A stretch of DNA of 64,000 nucleotides. Source: an uncultured delta proteobacterium. GTDB taxonomy: Bacteria; Myxococcota; Myxococcia; Myxococcales; Myxococcaceae. Location of the stretch: assembly GCA_963776345.1 (NCBI GenBank), contig CAVZMH010000015.1, positions 480,001-544,000 on the forward strand. Direction: 5' to 3'. The notes under the pieces were generated by a model. It saw nothing but the letters and a program-made list of their open reading frames with translations. It did not search any database and had not been told where the DNA came from. This document shows positions 43,996 to 53,877 of the stretch, piece by piece; positions within the stretch are counted from its first letter, which is position 1, and the number at the start of each line of letters is the position of its first letter. The position numbers and the translations under genes were made by a program.

Positions 43996-45115
43996 CTACT
44001 CCGGAACGGCCCGGTTGGGGTTCTTCACGCCGAGCAGCTGGGCGGTGACGAAGGAATCCAGATCTCCGTCCAGCACCGCGTCCACGTTCCCGGTCTCCAC
44101 CCCGGTCCGGAGGTCCTTCACCAGCCGGTAGGGGGCGAGCACGTAGCTGCGGATCTGCGAGCCGAAGGCGATGTCCTTCTTCTGGGACTCCGCCTCGTCG
44201 CGGGCCTGGTTCCGCTTCTGCAGCTCCAGGTCGTAGAGGCGCGAGCGGAGGATCTTCCAGGCCATGTCCCGGTTGGCGTGCTGGCTGCGCTCGTTCTGCA
44301 TGGCCACCGTGATCCCGGTGGGCACGTGGGTGAGCCGGACCGCGGACGAGGTCTTGTTGACCTTCTGGCCCCCTGCCCCGCTGGCCCGGTACACGTCGAC
44401 GCGCACGTCCTTCTCCGGGATGTCGATGACGATGTCGTCGTCCACCTCGGGGTAGACGGTCACCGAGGCGAAGGAGGTCTGGCGGCGGGCGTTGGCGTCG
44501 AAGGGGCTGATGCGAACCAGCCGGTGCACGCCGTTCTCCGCCTTCAGATACCCGTAGGCGTTCTCGCCGGTCACCTTGATGGAGACGTTCTTCAGGCCCG
44601 CCTCCTCGCCGGCCACGAAGTCGTTGATCTCCACCGTCCAGCCCTTCGACTCGGAATATCTGGAATACATCCTGAGCAGCATCGCCGCCCAGTCCATGGA
44701 CTCGGTGCCACCGGCGCCGGCGTTGATCTCCATGTAGGCATTGGCGTGGTCGTTGTCGCCGGAGAGCATCCGCGCCAGCTCGAGCTTCTCCACCTCGCGC
44801 TCGACGGCATCGAGCGAGCCCTCGGCCTCGGCGCGCGCCGCCTCGTCACCGGCCTCCGCGGCCAGCTCGAGCAGCGTGCGCGCGTCGTCCAAGGCCCGGT
44901 CCACGCGCTCGAAGCCCTGCACCTGCGCCTCGAGGCCGGCCTTCTCCTTGAGGAGACCCTGCGCCCTGGCGTTGTCGCTCCAGAAGTCGGGCTGGGCGGC
45001 GTCGCGCTCGATCAGCGCGATCCGCGACCGCTTGCGGTCGAGGTCAAAGATGCCCCCGGAGCGCGTCCAGGCGCGCCTGCAGGAAGCCGATTCGTTCCGT
45101 CGCGTCGATGGGCAT
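43996..45115 (-). CDS. prfB: Peptide chain release factor 2 with programmed +1 frameshift
   Basis: ATG 45115 gives MPIDATER...RGHL ending at CTT TGA C. The +1 frame gives DLDRKRSR..., GAGGTES, SPF and GGQ motifs. Confidence 0.96.
45043..45058 (-). other. RF2 +1 ribosomal frameshift site
   Basis: CGGGGGCAT CTT TGA C: SD-like G-run, then the slippery CTT and a TGA stop at codon 24. Confidence 0.93.
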
Positions 45116-45125
45116 GGCGTGTCAG

Positions 45126-46841
45126 TCAGGGCCGAGCGCGGCGGAGGCGGACCAGGGCCACCAGCCCCGAGAGCCCGGCGAAGAGCGCGGCAAGGTACGC
45201 GGGAACGTCGCCGATGACAACGTACGGAGTGCGGCCCTCGAGGAGCGGCAGGGACGCCATCCGCCATTCGGGGCCGGTCAGCTCCGAGGCGGAGACCGCG
45301 AGCCGGTCGCTGGGGACGATCCCCACCTCGGTGGCGTCGAACACCCGGCCCACCGGGTCGATGAAGGCGCTCACCCCGGTGTTCGCCGCGCGGGCCACCG
45401 GCCGACCCGTCTCCACCGCGCGGGTCGCCACCATGTGCAGGAACTGGAACGGCGCGGAGGAAAAGCCGTACCAGGCGTCGTTGGTCATGTTGACCAGCAC
45501 CTGGGCGCCGTTCCTGGCGTAGGCGCGAGAGATCTCCGGGAAGATGGCGTCGAAGCAGATCTCGATGCCCAGCCGGACCGGCGGCCGGTCGGGGCGGCGG
45601 AGCAGCGCGGGCGAGAGATCGGTCCCCGGGGCGAAGCTCGCCCCGACGATGTTCCCGATGGGGAGCACCTCGTCCAGGTCGAGCGGGATGTACTCGCCGA
45701 ACGGGACCAGGTGGTTCTTCACGTAGTGGTGGGCGACCCCCAGCGTCGGCTCGAGCAGGAAGGCGGCGTTCTCGTTGCCCTTGCGGAGGTTCCTCGGGTC
45801 GAACACGTCCACCCCCACCAGGAGCCCGGCCCGGTAGCCACCGGGGCGGAGCCCGGCCTCGGTCAGCCTCGTCACGCCGGTGGGGAACGCGAGCGGGTAG
45901 CTGCCCTCCGGCCAGACGATGAGCTCGGCGCCGGCCGCGTCGGCGGCGTCGGTGGGCGGCAGGTAGCGGCCGAGGATGGTGGCGGCACGCGAGCCGCCCC
46001 GCCCCATCTTGAGCTTCTGGTCGATGTTGGCCTGCACCAACGCGGCCTTCAGCCGGGGCGCGGCCGCGGCCGCCCGGTCCATCGCCCGGACGTGGAACGC
46101 CCCGTAGAGGTGTCCGAGCACCAGCACCGCCCCGGCGAGGGCCAGCAGCGCCCGTGGCAGTGGCCGCTCGCGGAGCCGCCACCAGCGCCACCCCTCGTAG
46201 AGGGCGCCGTTCACCAGCGCCACCGCGAGCGCGACGCCGTACACGCCGCCCAGGCTGGCCAGCTGGTGGAACCAGAGGTTCCGGGTCTGGGTGTAGCCGA
46301 GGTTGCCCCAGGGGAAGCCCGAGCAGAAGTAGTTCCGCATCAGCTCGGTGGCCATCCACACCGGGCCGATGGTCCAGCCCATGCTCCAGCCGAGCCCGCG
46401 CTCGAGAAGCCGCACCAGGCCGGTGGCGATGGCCCAGTGCACCGCGCACCAGGCCACCAGCAGCTCGAGCGCGGGGATGCTGAGCCAGTTCGGCATCCCG
46501 CCGAACGTCACCATGGCCACGTTCACCCACCAGAACGCGCCGGTGAAGAACGCCATGCCGGCGAGCATCCCGGCGCCGAGCGCCCGCCACGGCGACAGCC
46601 GCCGGATGGCGAGGAGCATCGGGACCAGGCAGACGAAGGCCAGCGGCTCGAGCACGCCGGAGGCGAACAGCTCGCGCCGGGGCCCGACCGGGAACGCGAT
46701 GGGAAACGCGGCGGCGCCGAGCAGGCCGGTGAGCACCAGCGCGCCCAGCCGCCACGGCACGAGGACCCGCTCTCGGCGGGGCGGCGAGGCCGGCAGCGGG
46801 CGGGGGGTCTCGAACGGGGGCGGAAGGGCGACGGCGGACAT
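45126..46841 (-). CDS. lnt: Apolipoprotein N-acyltransferase
   Basis: GFPWGNLGYTQ, WPEG, KNHLVPFGEYIP, ICFDAIFP, TNDAWYG, RAANTGVS. Confidence 0.95.
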   Translation of the reverse strand: MSAVALPPPFETPRPLPASPPRRERVLVPWRLGALVLTGLLGAAAFPIAFPVGPRRELFASGVLEPLAFVCLVPMLLAIRRLSPWRALGAGMLAGMAFFTGAFWWVNVAMVTFGGMPNWLSIPALELLVAWCAVHWAIATGLVRLLERGLGWSMGWTIGPVWMATELMRNYFCSGFPWGNLGYTQTRNLWFHQLASLGGVYGVALAVALVNGALYEGWRWWRLRERPLPRALLALAGAVLVLGHLYGAFHVRAMDRAAAAAPRLKAALVQANIDQKLKMGRGGSRAATILGRYLPPTDAADAAGAELIVWPEGSYPLAFPTGVTRLTEAGLRPGGYRAGLLVGVDVFDPRNLRKGNENAAFLLEPTLGVAHHYVKNHLVPFGEYIPLDLDEVLPIGNIVGASFAPGTDLSPALLRRPDRPPVRLGIEICFDAIFPEISRAYARNGAQVLVNMTNDAWYGFSSAPFQFLHMVATRAVETGRPVARAANTGVSAFIDPVGRVFDATEVGIVPSDRLAVSASELTGPEWRMASLPLLEGRTPYVVIGDVPAYLAALFAGLSGLVALVRLRRARP

Positions 46842-46907
46842 TCGTGCGGTGGTGCTCCTACCAGAACCCGCGGCGGCGCGGGTGTCGTCCCCAGAATCGA
46901 ACGTCGG

Positions 46908-47393
46908 TCAGCGAGCGTGCACCATCCCCGCCCGGCCGAGCAGCCGGCTCTCCAGGGCGGCCATCCGCTCGGCGTCCCGGCGCCGGTGGTGGTCGTGGCC
47001 GAGCAGGTGAAGGAGCCCGTGGGCCAGGTACAGGTCGAGCTCCTGGGCGAGGGTGCGGCGATGGAGCCGCGCCTGCCGGCGGGCGGTGTCCAGGGAGAGG
47101 ATGACGTCGCCTAGGTGGCGGGGGCCCAGAAGGCCCGGCGGCGGCGCGCCGGCGGGGAAGCTGAGGACGTCGGTCGGTCGGTTCTTCCGCCGCCAGCTCC
47201 GGTTGAGCGCCTGGATGCCCGGGTCGTCGGTGAGGAGGACCGAGAGCTCGACGTCCTCGAGCTCGAGGGTGTCCAGGAACCGGCCGGCGCTGCGACGGAG
47301 CTGCCGGAGGTGGGCCCCGGCGCCGGTGGGCCCGGCGGAGCGGACCTCCACCACGGGAGCGTTGCGGGTGCGACGCGACCGGCGGGCGTTCAT
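46908..47393 (-). CDS. ybeY: rRNA maturation endoribonuclease YbeY
   Basis: LNRSWRRKNRPTDVLSF, LGDVILS, HGLLHLLGHDH. Confidence 0.95.
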   Translation of the reverse strand: MNARRSRRTRNAPVVEVRSAGPTGAGAHLRQLRRSAGRFLDTLELEDVELSVLLTDDPGIQALNRSWRRKNRPTDVLSFPAGAPPPGLLGPRHLGDVILSLDTARRQARLHRRTLAQELDLYLAHGLLHLLGHDHHRRRDAERMAALESRLLGRAGMVHAR

Positions 47394-47585
47394 CGGCGCC
47401 GATGGTAACCTCGACGGGCGTTCATCGCGGACACCTCACCGCCGGAGAATAAAGCCCGGTTCAGGGCACGCGCGGCTGACCCATCAGGTTCTGGGTTCCC
47501 TTGTCGCTCCAGGCCCCCGAGGTACCCCAGCGGCTCTCGGCGCGGCCCAGGGTCGCGACGGCAGCCCTGCCCCGGCCCGCCACCG

Positions 47586-49925
47586 TCAGCGCCGCTGGAC
47601 GGTCCGGGTCTCCGGAGCGAGTGCCAGTCCCGGCGGGCGCGCACCGCCCAGCGCCCCGGGCGGGTACACCGGCCGCGAGTGGTAGATGCCCAGGAGCGTG
47701 TGCAGGAACGAGACGGAGATGGCGTTCAGGTCCCGCAGCGTGAGGTCGCACTCGTCGAGCTGTCCCTCGGTGAACACCGCGGTGATGATCCGCTGGACCA
47801 GCGCATGGAGCCGCTCGCTGGTGGGCTCCGGCATCGCCCGGCTCGCGGCCTCCACAGCGTCGGCCAGCATCACCAGCGCCGACTCGCGGAACTGCGGCCG
47901 GGGCCCGGTGTAACGGAACACCGAATCCTCCACCGCCCCCTCGGCCTCCTTGAGCGCCTTGTGGTGGAAGTAACCCACCAGCCGCGTGCCGTGGTGCTGG
48001 GCGATGACGTCCTGCACCGCTCGCGGGAGCTTGTAGCGCCGCGCCAGCTCCAGCCCGTCGGTCACGTGGCGCTTGATGATGACCGCGCTCATCCCCGGGG
48101 CGAGGCAGTCGTGGGGGTTCTCCCCCTTCTGGTTCTCGCCGAAGTAGAGCGGGTTCTTCCCCTTCCCGATGTCGTGGTAGTAGGCGCAGGTCCTGGCGAG
48201 CAGCGGGTTGCAGCCGGTCGCCTCCGCCGCCGCCTCGACCAGGCTCCCGACGATGATGCTGTGGTGGTAGGTGCCGGGGCTCTGGACGATGAGCTCCTTG
48301 AGCGCCGGGTGGTTCAGGTTGGCCAGCTCCAGCAGCTTGAGATCGCTCGCGTAGCCGAACCCGGCCTCGAGCAGCGGGGTCAGCGCCAGCGCCAGCGTGG
48401 GCACGATCAGCGCGGACCCCAGGCCCGCGAAGCAGGCCGCGAGCAGCGCGTCACGCGGAGGCCCCTTCCCCGCCGCGAGCGCGAAGGCCAGCACCACCCC
48501 GGCGTTCACCACCCCGACCCAGATCCCGCTCCGGAACAGGGCCGCGCGGTCGCGCGCCCGCGCCACCTGCGTCGCCGCCACCAGGCTCCCGAGCAGCCCG
48601 TAGACGGCGAAGAAGAGCGAGTTGCCGAGCATCACCCCCACCAGCACCGAGAGCACGAGCCCGAAGAACAGGGCCAGCTCCTGGTTCAGGAGCAGGCGGA
48701 CCAGCATCGCGCCCGCCGCCACCGGGAGCAGCACCAGGAGCGCGTGCAACGGCAGCGCTGGCCAGCGGTCGTGGAGCGCCTCGGCCACCGCCGCCGCCAG
48801 CCGGAAGGCGCCGAGGAGCACCACCAGGAGCACGCCGAGCAGGAGCCCATCGCGCCGGGTGGGCCGGAACCTCCGGAAGGCCTTGCGGTGGAACGTCCAG
48901 ATGCCCGCGAGCAGCAGCGCCACCAGGGCGGCGGTTCCCCCGCTCGCCTCGACCATGTCGAAGCGGTCGGTCTGGGCCCGCATCGCGTCGAGCATCCGGA
49001 GGTGGTCCGGGGTGACCAGCTCGCCGTCGCCGATGATCTTCTGGCCCTTCTTGATCTGGATGACCGCGTCCTTCACCGCCGCGCCGGCGATCGCCCTCCG
49101 CCGCTCGGTCTCGGCGATGTTCGCGGTGAGGTTGGGCCGGAGCGCGCGCTTGGCGATGCGCAGCACCGCCCGGCGGAGCAGCGCCGGGGCGTCGGGCAGG
49201 AGGTTGCCCGGCAGCGTCGCCCAGCGGTCCATCTCCGCCCGGGCCTCGCGGACGTCGAGCACCGCGGGCGGCACGACCGCGCTCGGATGCTCCGGGCCGT
49301 CGTTGAGGTCGCGGATGGTCAGGGAGCTCCCGGCCGGTCCGAGGTCCTCGCGTGCACCCACCACCGGCGCCAGGAAGCCCCGGGAGACGACCGCGAGCAC
49401 CGCGTGCTCGACCTCGGGCGGCGCGCGCGAGTCCGCCAGCGCCTTCCAGTCCTCGTCGTCGACCTCGAACAGCCGCTGCTCGAACGCCTGCCGCGCCTGG
49501 GCGAGGACCGAGCCGTCCACCGGCTCCGCCTTGCGCCTTGCCGGGGCGGCCCGCCCGGGCGGATCCGGACGGCCGAGCGCGGCCCGGAAGGCCCCGAAAG
49601 CGTCCCGCACCGCCGCGTGGACCTCGGGCACCACGGCGGGGTTGAAGTCAAACACCGGACGGACGCCGGCCCGGGCCTCCTGGCGGCGCCGGTCGGTCAG
49701 CGCCGCGTCCGGCAGGTCGTAGTCACGGGTGGCCTTGAAACCCGCCGCCGAGGGGCTCTCGAATGGCCGCCCGACGTCCTCCGGGCGCAGCTGGGGCAGC
49801 GTCTGCACCGCAAACCCGGGGGCGACGAGGAGCCCGGCCAGCACCGACACCACGCCGAGCAGGGTCAGCGCAGGAAGGGCGCGCCGGAGGCGCTCGCGCC
49901 ACGGGCTCTTCGCATCGTCGTCCAA
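47586..49925 (-). CDS. 7TM-HD (HDIG) phosphohydrolase, PgpH-like cyclic dinucleotide phosphodiesterase
   Basis: Extracytoplasmic domain, 7 TM helices, SPGTYHHS, YYHDIGK, YFGENQ, QHHGT, MLADAVEAA; phoH/ybeY context. Confidence 0.9.
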   Translation of the reverse strand: MDDDAKSPWRERLRRALPALTLLGVVSVLAGLLVAPGFAVQTLPQLRPEDVGRPFESPSAAGFKATRDYDLPDAALTDRRRQEARAGVRPVFDFNPAVVPEVHAAVRDAFGAFRAALGRPDPPGRAAPARRKAEPVDGSVLAQARQAFEQRLFEVDDEDWKALADSRAPPEVEHAVLAVVSRGFLAPVVGAREDLGPAGSSLTIRDLNDGPEHPSAVVPPAVLDVREARAEMDRWATLPGNLLPDAPALLRRAVLRIAKRALRPNLTANIAETERRRAIAGAAVKDAVIQIKKGQKIIGDGELVTPDHLRMLDAMRAQTDRFDMVEASGGTAALVALLLAGIWTFHRKAFRRFRPTRRDGLLLGVLLVVLLGAFRLAAAVAEALHDRWPALPLHALLVLLPVAAGAMLVRLLLNQELALFFGLVLSVLVGVMLGNSLFFAVYGLLGSLVAATQVARARDRAALFRSGIWVGVVNAGVVLAFALAAGKGPPRDALLAACFAGLGSALIVPTLALALTPLLEAGFGYASDLKLLELANLNHPALKELIVQSPGTYHHSIIVGSLVEAAAEATGCNPLLARTCAYYHDIGKGKNPLYFGENQKGENPHDCLAPGMSAVIIKRHVTDGLELARRYKLPRAVQDVIAQHHGTRLVGYFHHKALKEAEGAVEDSVFRYTGPRPQFRESALVMLADAVEAASRAMPEPTSERLHALVQRIITAVFTEGQLDECDLTLRDLNAISVSFLHTLLGIYHSRPVYPPGALGGARPPGLALAPETRTVQRR

Positions 49926-50072
49926 GAGCCGGGGACCCTAGGGTCGAGGAGCGAACCCGGACAAGGCGAGAGGCGTGGGGCGAGCAGCCGGCGGTGTCCC
50001 GTCCCCGGGCAGCGGCGGTGTCTTCCCGGGTGGGCGGTCAGGTCCGGCCGGCGGAGCCCGCCCCCCAGGGCC

Positions 50073-52523
50073 TCACTCGGCCCTGAGCGCTTCCTGCGGG
50101 TCCACCCGGGTCGCGCGGTCCGCGGGGAGGATCGCCGCGGCCAGCGTGACCAGCGAGAGCATCGCCGCCGCCGCGAGCGCGGTGGGCGGGTCGGACGGGG
50201 CGACGCCGTAGAGGAGACGCTCCAGCGAGCGTCCGAGGAGCAGCGCGCCTCCGAGCCCGGCCACGATGCCGATGCCCGCCAGGGCCAGCGCCCGACGGAG
50301 CACCCACCACCGCACCGAGCGGGCCGAGGCCCCGATGGCCATCCGGATGCCGATCTCCCGCGTGCGCTGGGCGACGCTGAAGGCCAGTACCCCGTACACG
50401 CCGGCCGCGGCCAGCACCACCGCCAGCCCGGCGAAGAGGCCGAGGAGCACGCCCGCCGCGCGCGGCGCCGACACCGAGTCCGAGACCCGGTCCTCCAGCG
50501 TCCTCACGTCGAACAGCGACAGGCCGGGGTCCACCGCCGCGAGCTCCCGGCGGGCCGCGCTCGCCAGCGGGGCCAGGGCGTCGCGGCTCCGGAGCACGAA
50601 GCTCACTCGGTCCGACGAGGGCTCCTGGTCGAAGGGAAGGTACATCTCGGCCCGGGGCCGGCTGGCGAGCCCGTCGTGATGAACGTCGCCCACCACGCCC
50701 ACGATGCGCCGCCAGGGCTCGTGGTTGTCGGCGTCGTCGCCCCCCGGACGGATGCGGGCTCCGATGGGAGACCGGTCCGGGAAGAACCTCCTCACCGCTT
50801 CGACGTTCACCAGCGCCACCGGTTCGGCGCCGGACCGGTCGGTGTCCTCGAGCGACCGCCCCTCCTTGAGGGGAATGCCCATCGCCTCGACGTACCCGCT
50901 GGAGGCCAGCCGGTACTCGATGCCGGGCACCTCGTCCTTTCCGAAGGGGTGGCCCTGGATGGAGAAGTTGCCGTTCATGTTGCTGCCGCTCAGCGGGAGG
51001 TCGTTCACTGCCCCGGCGTAGGTGACGCCCGGGAGCGCGCGGAGCCGCGTCTGCAGCGACGAGACCATCGCCGCACGGGCGGCGTCGTCCTTGTAGCGCT
51101 CGTCCGGCAGCTGCACCCGGAAGGCGGTCGCCTGCTCCGGGCGGAAGCCGGGGTCCTGCCGGAGCATCCGCTGCACGCTCTGGAGCACCAGCGCCGCGCC
51201 GAGCAGCGGGGCGAGCGCGAGCGCCACCTCGAAGACCACCAGCGCGGACTGGAGCCAGCCGGTCCGGTGTCCCAGCGCGGTTCGCATCTCCCCACGCACG
51301 GCGGCGAGGTCTCCGCGGGCGAGCAGGAGCGAGGGCAGCACGCCGAAGAGCGCGGTGGTGAGGATGCAGAGCCCGGCGGAGAAGAGCAGGACCCTGAGGT
51401 CAAGCCCCACGCCCTGCGCCAGCGCGGGAGCGCGGATCGGGAGCGCGCCCCGGAGCACCGAGGAGCCGGCCCAGCCCACCAGGAGACCCAGCGCCGTCCC
51501 CACGACGGAGAGCACACCGGCCTCCACCAGGAGCGCGCGCGCCACCTGCCAGCGATCGGCGCCCAGCGCCATTCGCACCGCGACCTCCCGCCGCCGGGCG
51601 GCCCCGCGCGCGAGCAGGAGGTTCGCCAGGTTCACGCAGGCGATCAGCAGGACCAGGCCCACCACCGCCCCCAGGGCCCCGAGCGAGCTCCGGGCCTCCC
51701 CGAGCAGCTCGTCGCTCCACTGGACGACCTTCACCCCGTGCGCACCGGTGTCCGGGTTCTCCCGGGCGAGGTCCTGGGCGATCGCCGAGAGCTCCTTCTG
51801 CGCCGAGGCCACCGTCGCCCCTGGCGCGAGCCGCGCGATGGCGACGAGGAAGTGCTGGCCCCGTGGCGAGCTCGCCGGGTCGATCTGGAGCGGCACCCAG
51901 ACGTCCGAGTCACCGAGCCAGTGAGGCTGCTCGCGCACCACGCCGAGGACCAGATGGTCGCGCCCGTCGAGGCGGATGGTGCGCCCCACCACCTCCGGTC
52001 GCCCGGCGAAGTGGCGGCGCCAGAAGCGCTCGCCGAGCAGCGCGACCGCGGGGCCTCCGGCGCGGTCCTCGTCGTCGACGAACTCGCGACCGAGCAGCGG
52101 CGGCAGCCCGAGCACGCGGAAGGCGCCCGCGTTGATGCGCTGGGCGGACACCCGCATCGGCTCGCCGTCCCCGGACAGGCTCCTGTTGGTCTGGGTGAAC
52201 AGCGCGATGCCCGACAGGGTTCGTGCGCGGGCGGCCCAGTCGCGGGCATCGGGGACGGACACCGAGGCGCGAGGGAACTCCTGCTGGACGTCGTAGAGCC
52301 GCACCAGCTGCTCGGGGGCCCGGTACGCGAGCGGACGCAGCAGCACCGCGTTGACCAGGGTGAAGACGGCGGTGGTGGCCCCGGTGGCGAGCGCGAGGGT
52401 GAGGACCGCAGTGGCGGTGAAGCCCCGGTCCTTCGCCAGGCGCCGGACCGCCACCCGCACGTCCTTTCCCATCCCGGCCAGGGGGCGTGGACTCGACGAG
52501 GAGCCGGGGGAGGAGCGGGTCAT
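50073..52523 (-). CDS. Duplicated MacB/FtsX-type orphan permease (ADOP-like)
   Basis: FTATAVLTLALATGATTAVFTLVNAVLLRPL, LLIACVNLANLLLAR, QRTREIGIRMAIGA, RATRVDP. No adjacent ATPase. The true start may be ATG 52472. Confidence 0.88.
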   Translation of the reverse strand: MTRSSPGSSSSPRPLAGMGKDVRVAVRRLAKDRGFTATAVLTLALATGATTAVFTLVNAVLLRPLAYRAPEQLVRLYDVQQEFPRASVSVPDARDWAARARTLSGIALFTQTNRSLSGDGEPMRVSAQRINAGAFRVLGLPPLLGREFVDDEDRAGGPAVALLGERFWRRHFAGRPEVVGRTIRLDGRDHLVLGVVREQPHWLGDSDVWVPLQIDPASSPRGQHFLVAIARLAPGATVASAQKELSAIAQDLARENPDTGAHGVKVVQWSDELLGEARSSLGALGAVVGLVLLIACVNLANLLLARGAARRREVAVRMALGADRWQVARALLVEAGVLSVVGTALGLLVGWAGSSVLRGALPIRAPALAQGVGLDLRVLLFSAGLCILTTALFGVLPSLLLARGDLAAVRGEMRTALGHRTGWLQSALVVFEVALALAPLLGAALVLQSVQRMLRQDPGFRPEQATAFRVQLPDERYKDDAARAAMVSSLQTRLRALPGVTYAGAVNDLPLSGSNMNGNFSIQGHPFGKDEVPGIEYRLASSGYVEAMGIPLKEGRSLEDTDRSGAEPVALVNVEAVRRFFPDRSPIGARIRPGGDDADNHEPWRRIVGVVGDVHHDGLASRPRAEMYLPFDQEPSSDRVSFVLRSRDALAPLASAARRELAAVDPGLSLFDVRTLEDRVSDSVSAPRAAGVLLGLFAGLAVVLAAAGVYGVLAFSVAQRTREIGIRMAIGASARSVRWWVLRRALALAGIGIVAGLGGALLLGRSLERLLYGVAPSDPPTALAAAAMLSLVTLAAAILPADRATRVDPQEALRAE

Positions 52524-52537
52524 GCCGGGCCGTGCTC

Positions 52538-52553
52538 AGCGAACGGCGTGCCA
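52538..52553 (-). promoter_or_regulatory. Putative sigma54 (-24/-12) promoter of the orphan permease
   Basis: Minus strand TGGCACGCCGTTCGCT matches TGGCACG-N4-TTGC with one mismatch and exact GG-N10-GC spacing. Confidence 0.55.
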
Positions 52554-52769
52554 TCCGCCTTCCCGCGACGGAACGCCGGGGGCACGGGGGCACACCTTGC
52601 CGGGACGCCGGCCCCGACGGTCAGGCGCGGGACCCGCCATCCCATTTCCGGACACACCCAGGAACGGACGGGGGCCTCGGGCGGCTCGGGTCAGGGAGGG
52701 ACCGAGGCAGGGCCGGGAGAGGGCCGGGAGTGTCAGACACCTCGGACCGGCGCGGGAGGCGTCCGCGGA

Positions 52770-53825
52770 TCAGCTCGGCTCGGGCTCCGGCGAGGGCGCG
52801 GGGGTGGCGCCCTCGGTGCGGGCTGTCTCCGCCTTCGCCTCGGCGTCCGCCCGGTCGTAGGCGCGGATGACCTCCTGCACCAGCGGATGGCGAACCACGT
52901 CCACCTCGCTGAAGGTGCAGAAGGCGATGCCCTCCACGCCCTCCAGGATGCGCCGGGCGTGCGAGAGCCCCGACGGGCGGCCCTGCGGCAGGTCCACCTG
53001 GGTCACGTCGCCGGTCACCACCGCCTTGCTGTGGAAGCCGAGCCGGGTGAGGAACATCTTCATCTGCTCGACGGTGGTGTTCTGCGCCTCGTCGAGGATG
53101 ACGAACGCGTCGTTCAGCGTCCGCCCGCGCATGAAGGCCAGCGGCGCAACCTCCACCGTCCCCTGCTCCACCAGCTGGGCGGCGCGGTCCGCGTCCATCA
53201 TGTCGTGGAGCGCGTCGTAGAGCGGCCGGAGGTAAGGGTTCACCTTCTCCGCCAGGTCCCCCGGGAGGAAGCCCAGCTTCTCGCCGGCCTCGACCGCCGG
53301 CCGGGCGAGGACGATGCGCTTCACGCTGCGGGCCTGCAGCTCCGCGACCGCCATGGCCATCGCCAGGTACGTCTTCCCGGTCCCGGCGGGGCCGATACCG
53401 AACACGATGTCATGGCGGCGGATGGCGTCGACGTAGCGCTTCTGCCCGAGACTCTTCGGGGCGACGTGGCGGCCCCCGCGCGAGAGCACCGGCCCGAGGA
53501 CGAGCGTGTCGAGCCCGTGCTCCCCTGAGCCGCCCCGCCCGAGCATCTTCAAGCCCTGCTCCACGTCCTCGCGGCCCACCGGCTGGCCGGCGCGAAGGAT
53601 GGTCTCCAGCTGCTCCACCAGGCGCACCGCGGAGGCCACGGCGTCCGCCGGCCCGGACAGGTGCAGCTCGGTGCCGCGCTGGCCGACCCGCACCCCCAGC
53701 CGGCGCTCGATGGCCCTGAGGTTCTCGGCGTGGTTGCCGGACACGCCGAGGGCGACGTCGTTGTCCCGGAGGTCCACCCGGGCGGTGGTCACGAGCGAGG
53801 TGTCACGGGGCGAAGCGGTGGGCAA
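52770..53825 (-). CDS. phoH: PhoH-family ATPase
   Basis: [57 protein letters not shown]. Confidence 0.95.
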   Translation of the reverse strand: MPTASPRDTSLVTTARVDLRDNDVALGVSGNHAENLRAIERRLGVRVGQRGTELHLSGPADAVASAVRLVEQLETILRAGQPVGREDVEQGLKMLGRGGSGEHGLDTLVLGPVLSRGGRHVAPKSLGQKRYVDAIRRHDIVFGIGPAGTGKTYLAMAMAVAELQARSVKRIVLARPAVEAGEKLGFLPGDLAEKVNPYLRPLYDALHDMMDADRAAQLVEQGTVEVAPLAFMRGRTLNDAFVILDEAQNTTVEQMKMFLTRLGFHSKAVVTGDVTQVDLPQGRPSGLSHARRILEGVEGIAFCTFSEVDVVRHPLVQEVIRAYDRADAEAKAETARTEGATPAPSPEPEPS

Positions 53826-53877
53826 CGGTTCCTTTCGGGTGCGCCCAGGGGGCGGGCGCGGGCAGCAGTCTCGAAGG

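Noticed and set aside
43996..46755. 919-aa ORF suggesting an Lnt-RF2 fusion
   Set aside because: The upstream part is an alternative frame of lnt. RF2 begins at 45115 through the programmed frameshift.
47440..47585. Intergenic region as a possible 6S RNA or riboswitch
   Set aside because: No convincing long closing stem with central bubble or known aptamer motif by eye. An Infernal/Rfam scan would be needed.
47679..53528. 1949-aa plus-strand ORF and other very long ORFs (53506-57198, 37040-39442, 1483-4011, 20102-22618, 40123-42609)
   Set aside because: Antisense shadows of well-supported minus-strand genes. High GC3 suppresses stop codons, and the translations have no recognisable motifs.
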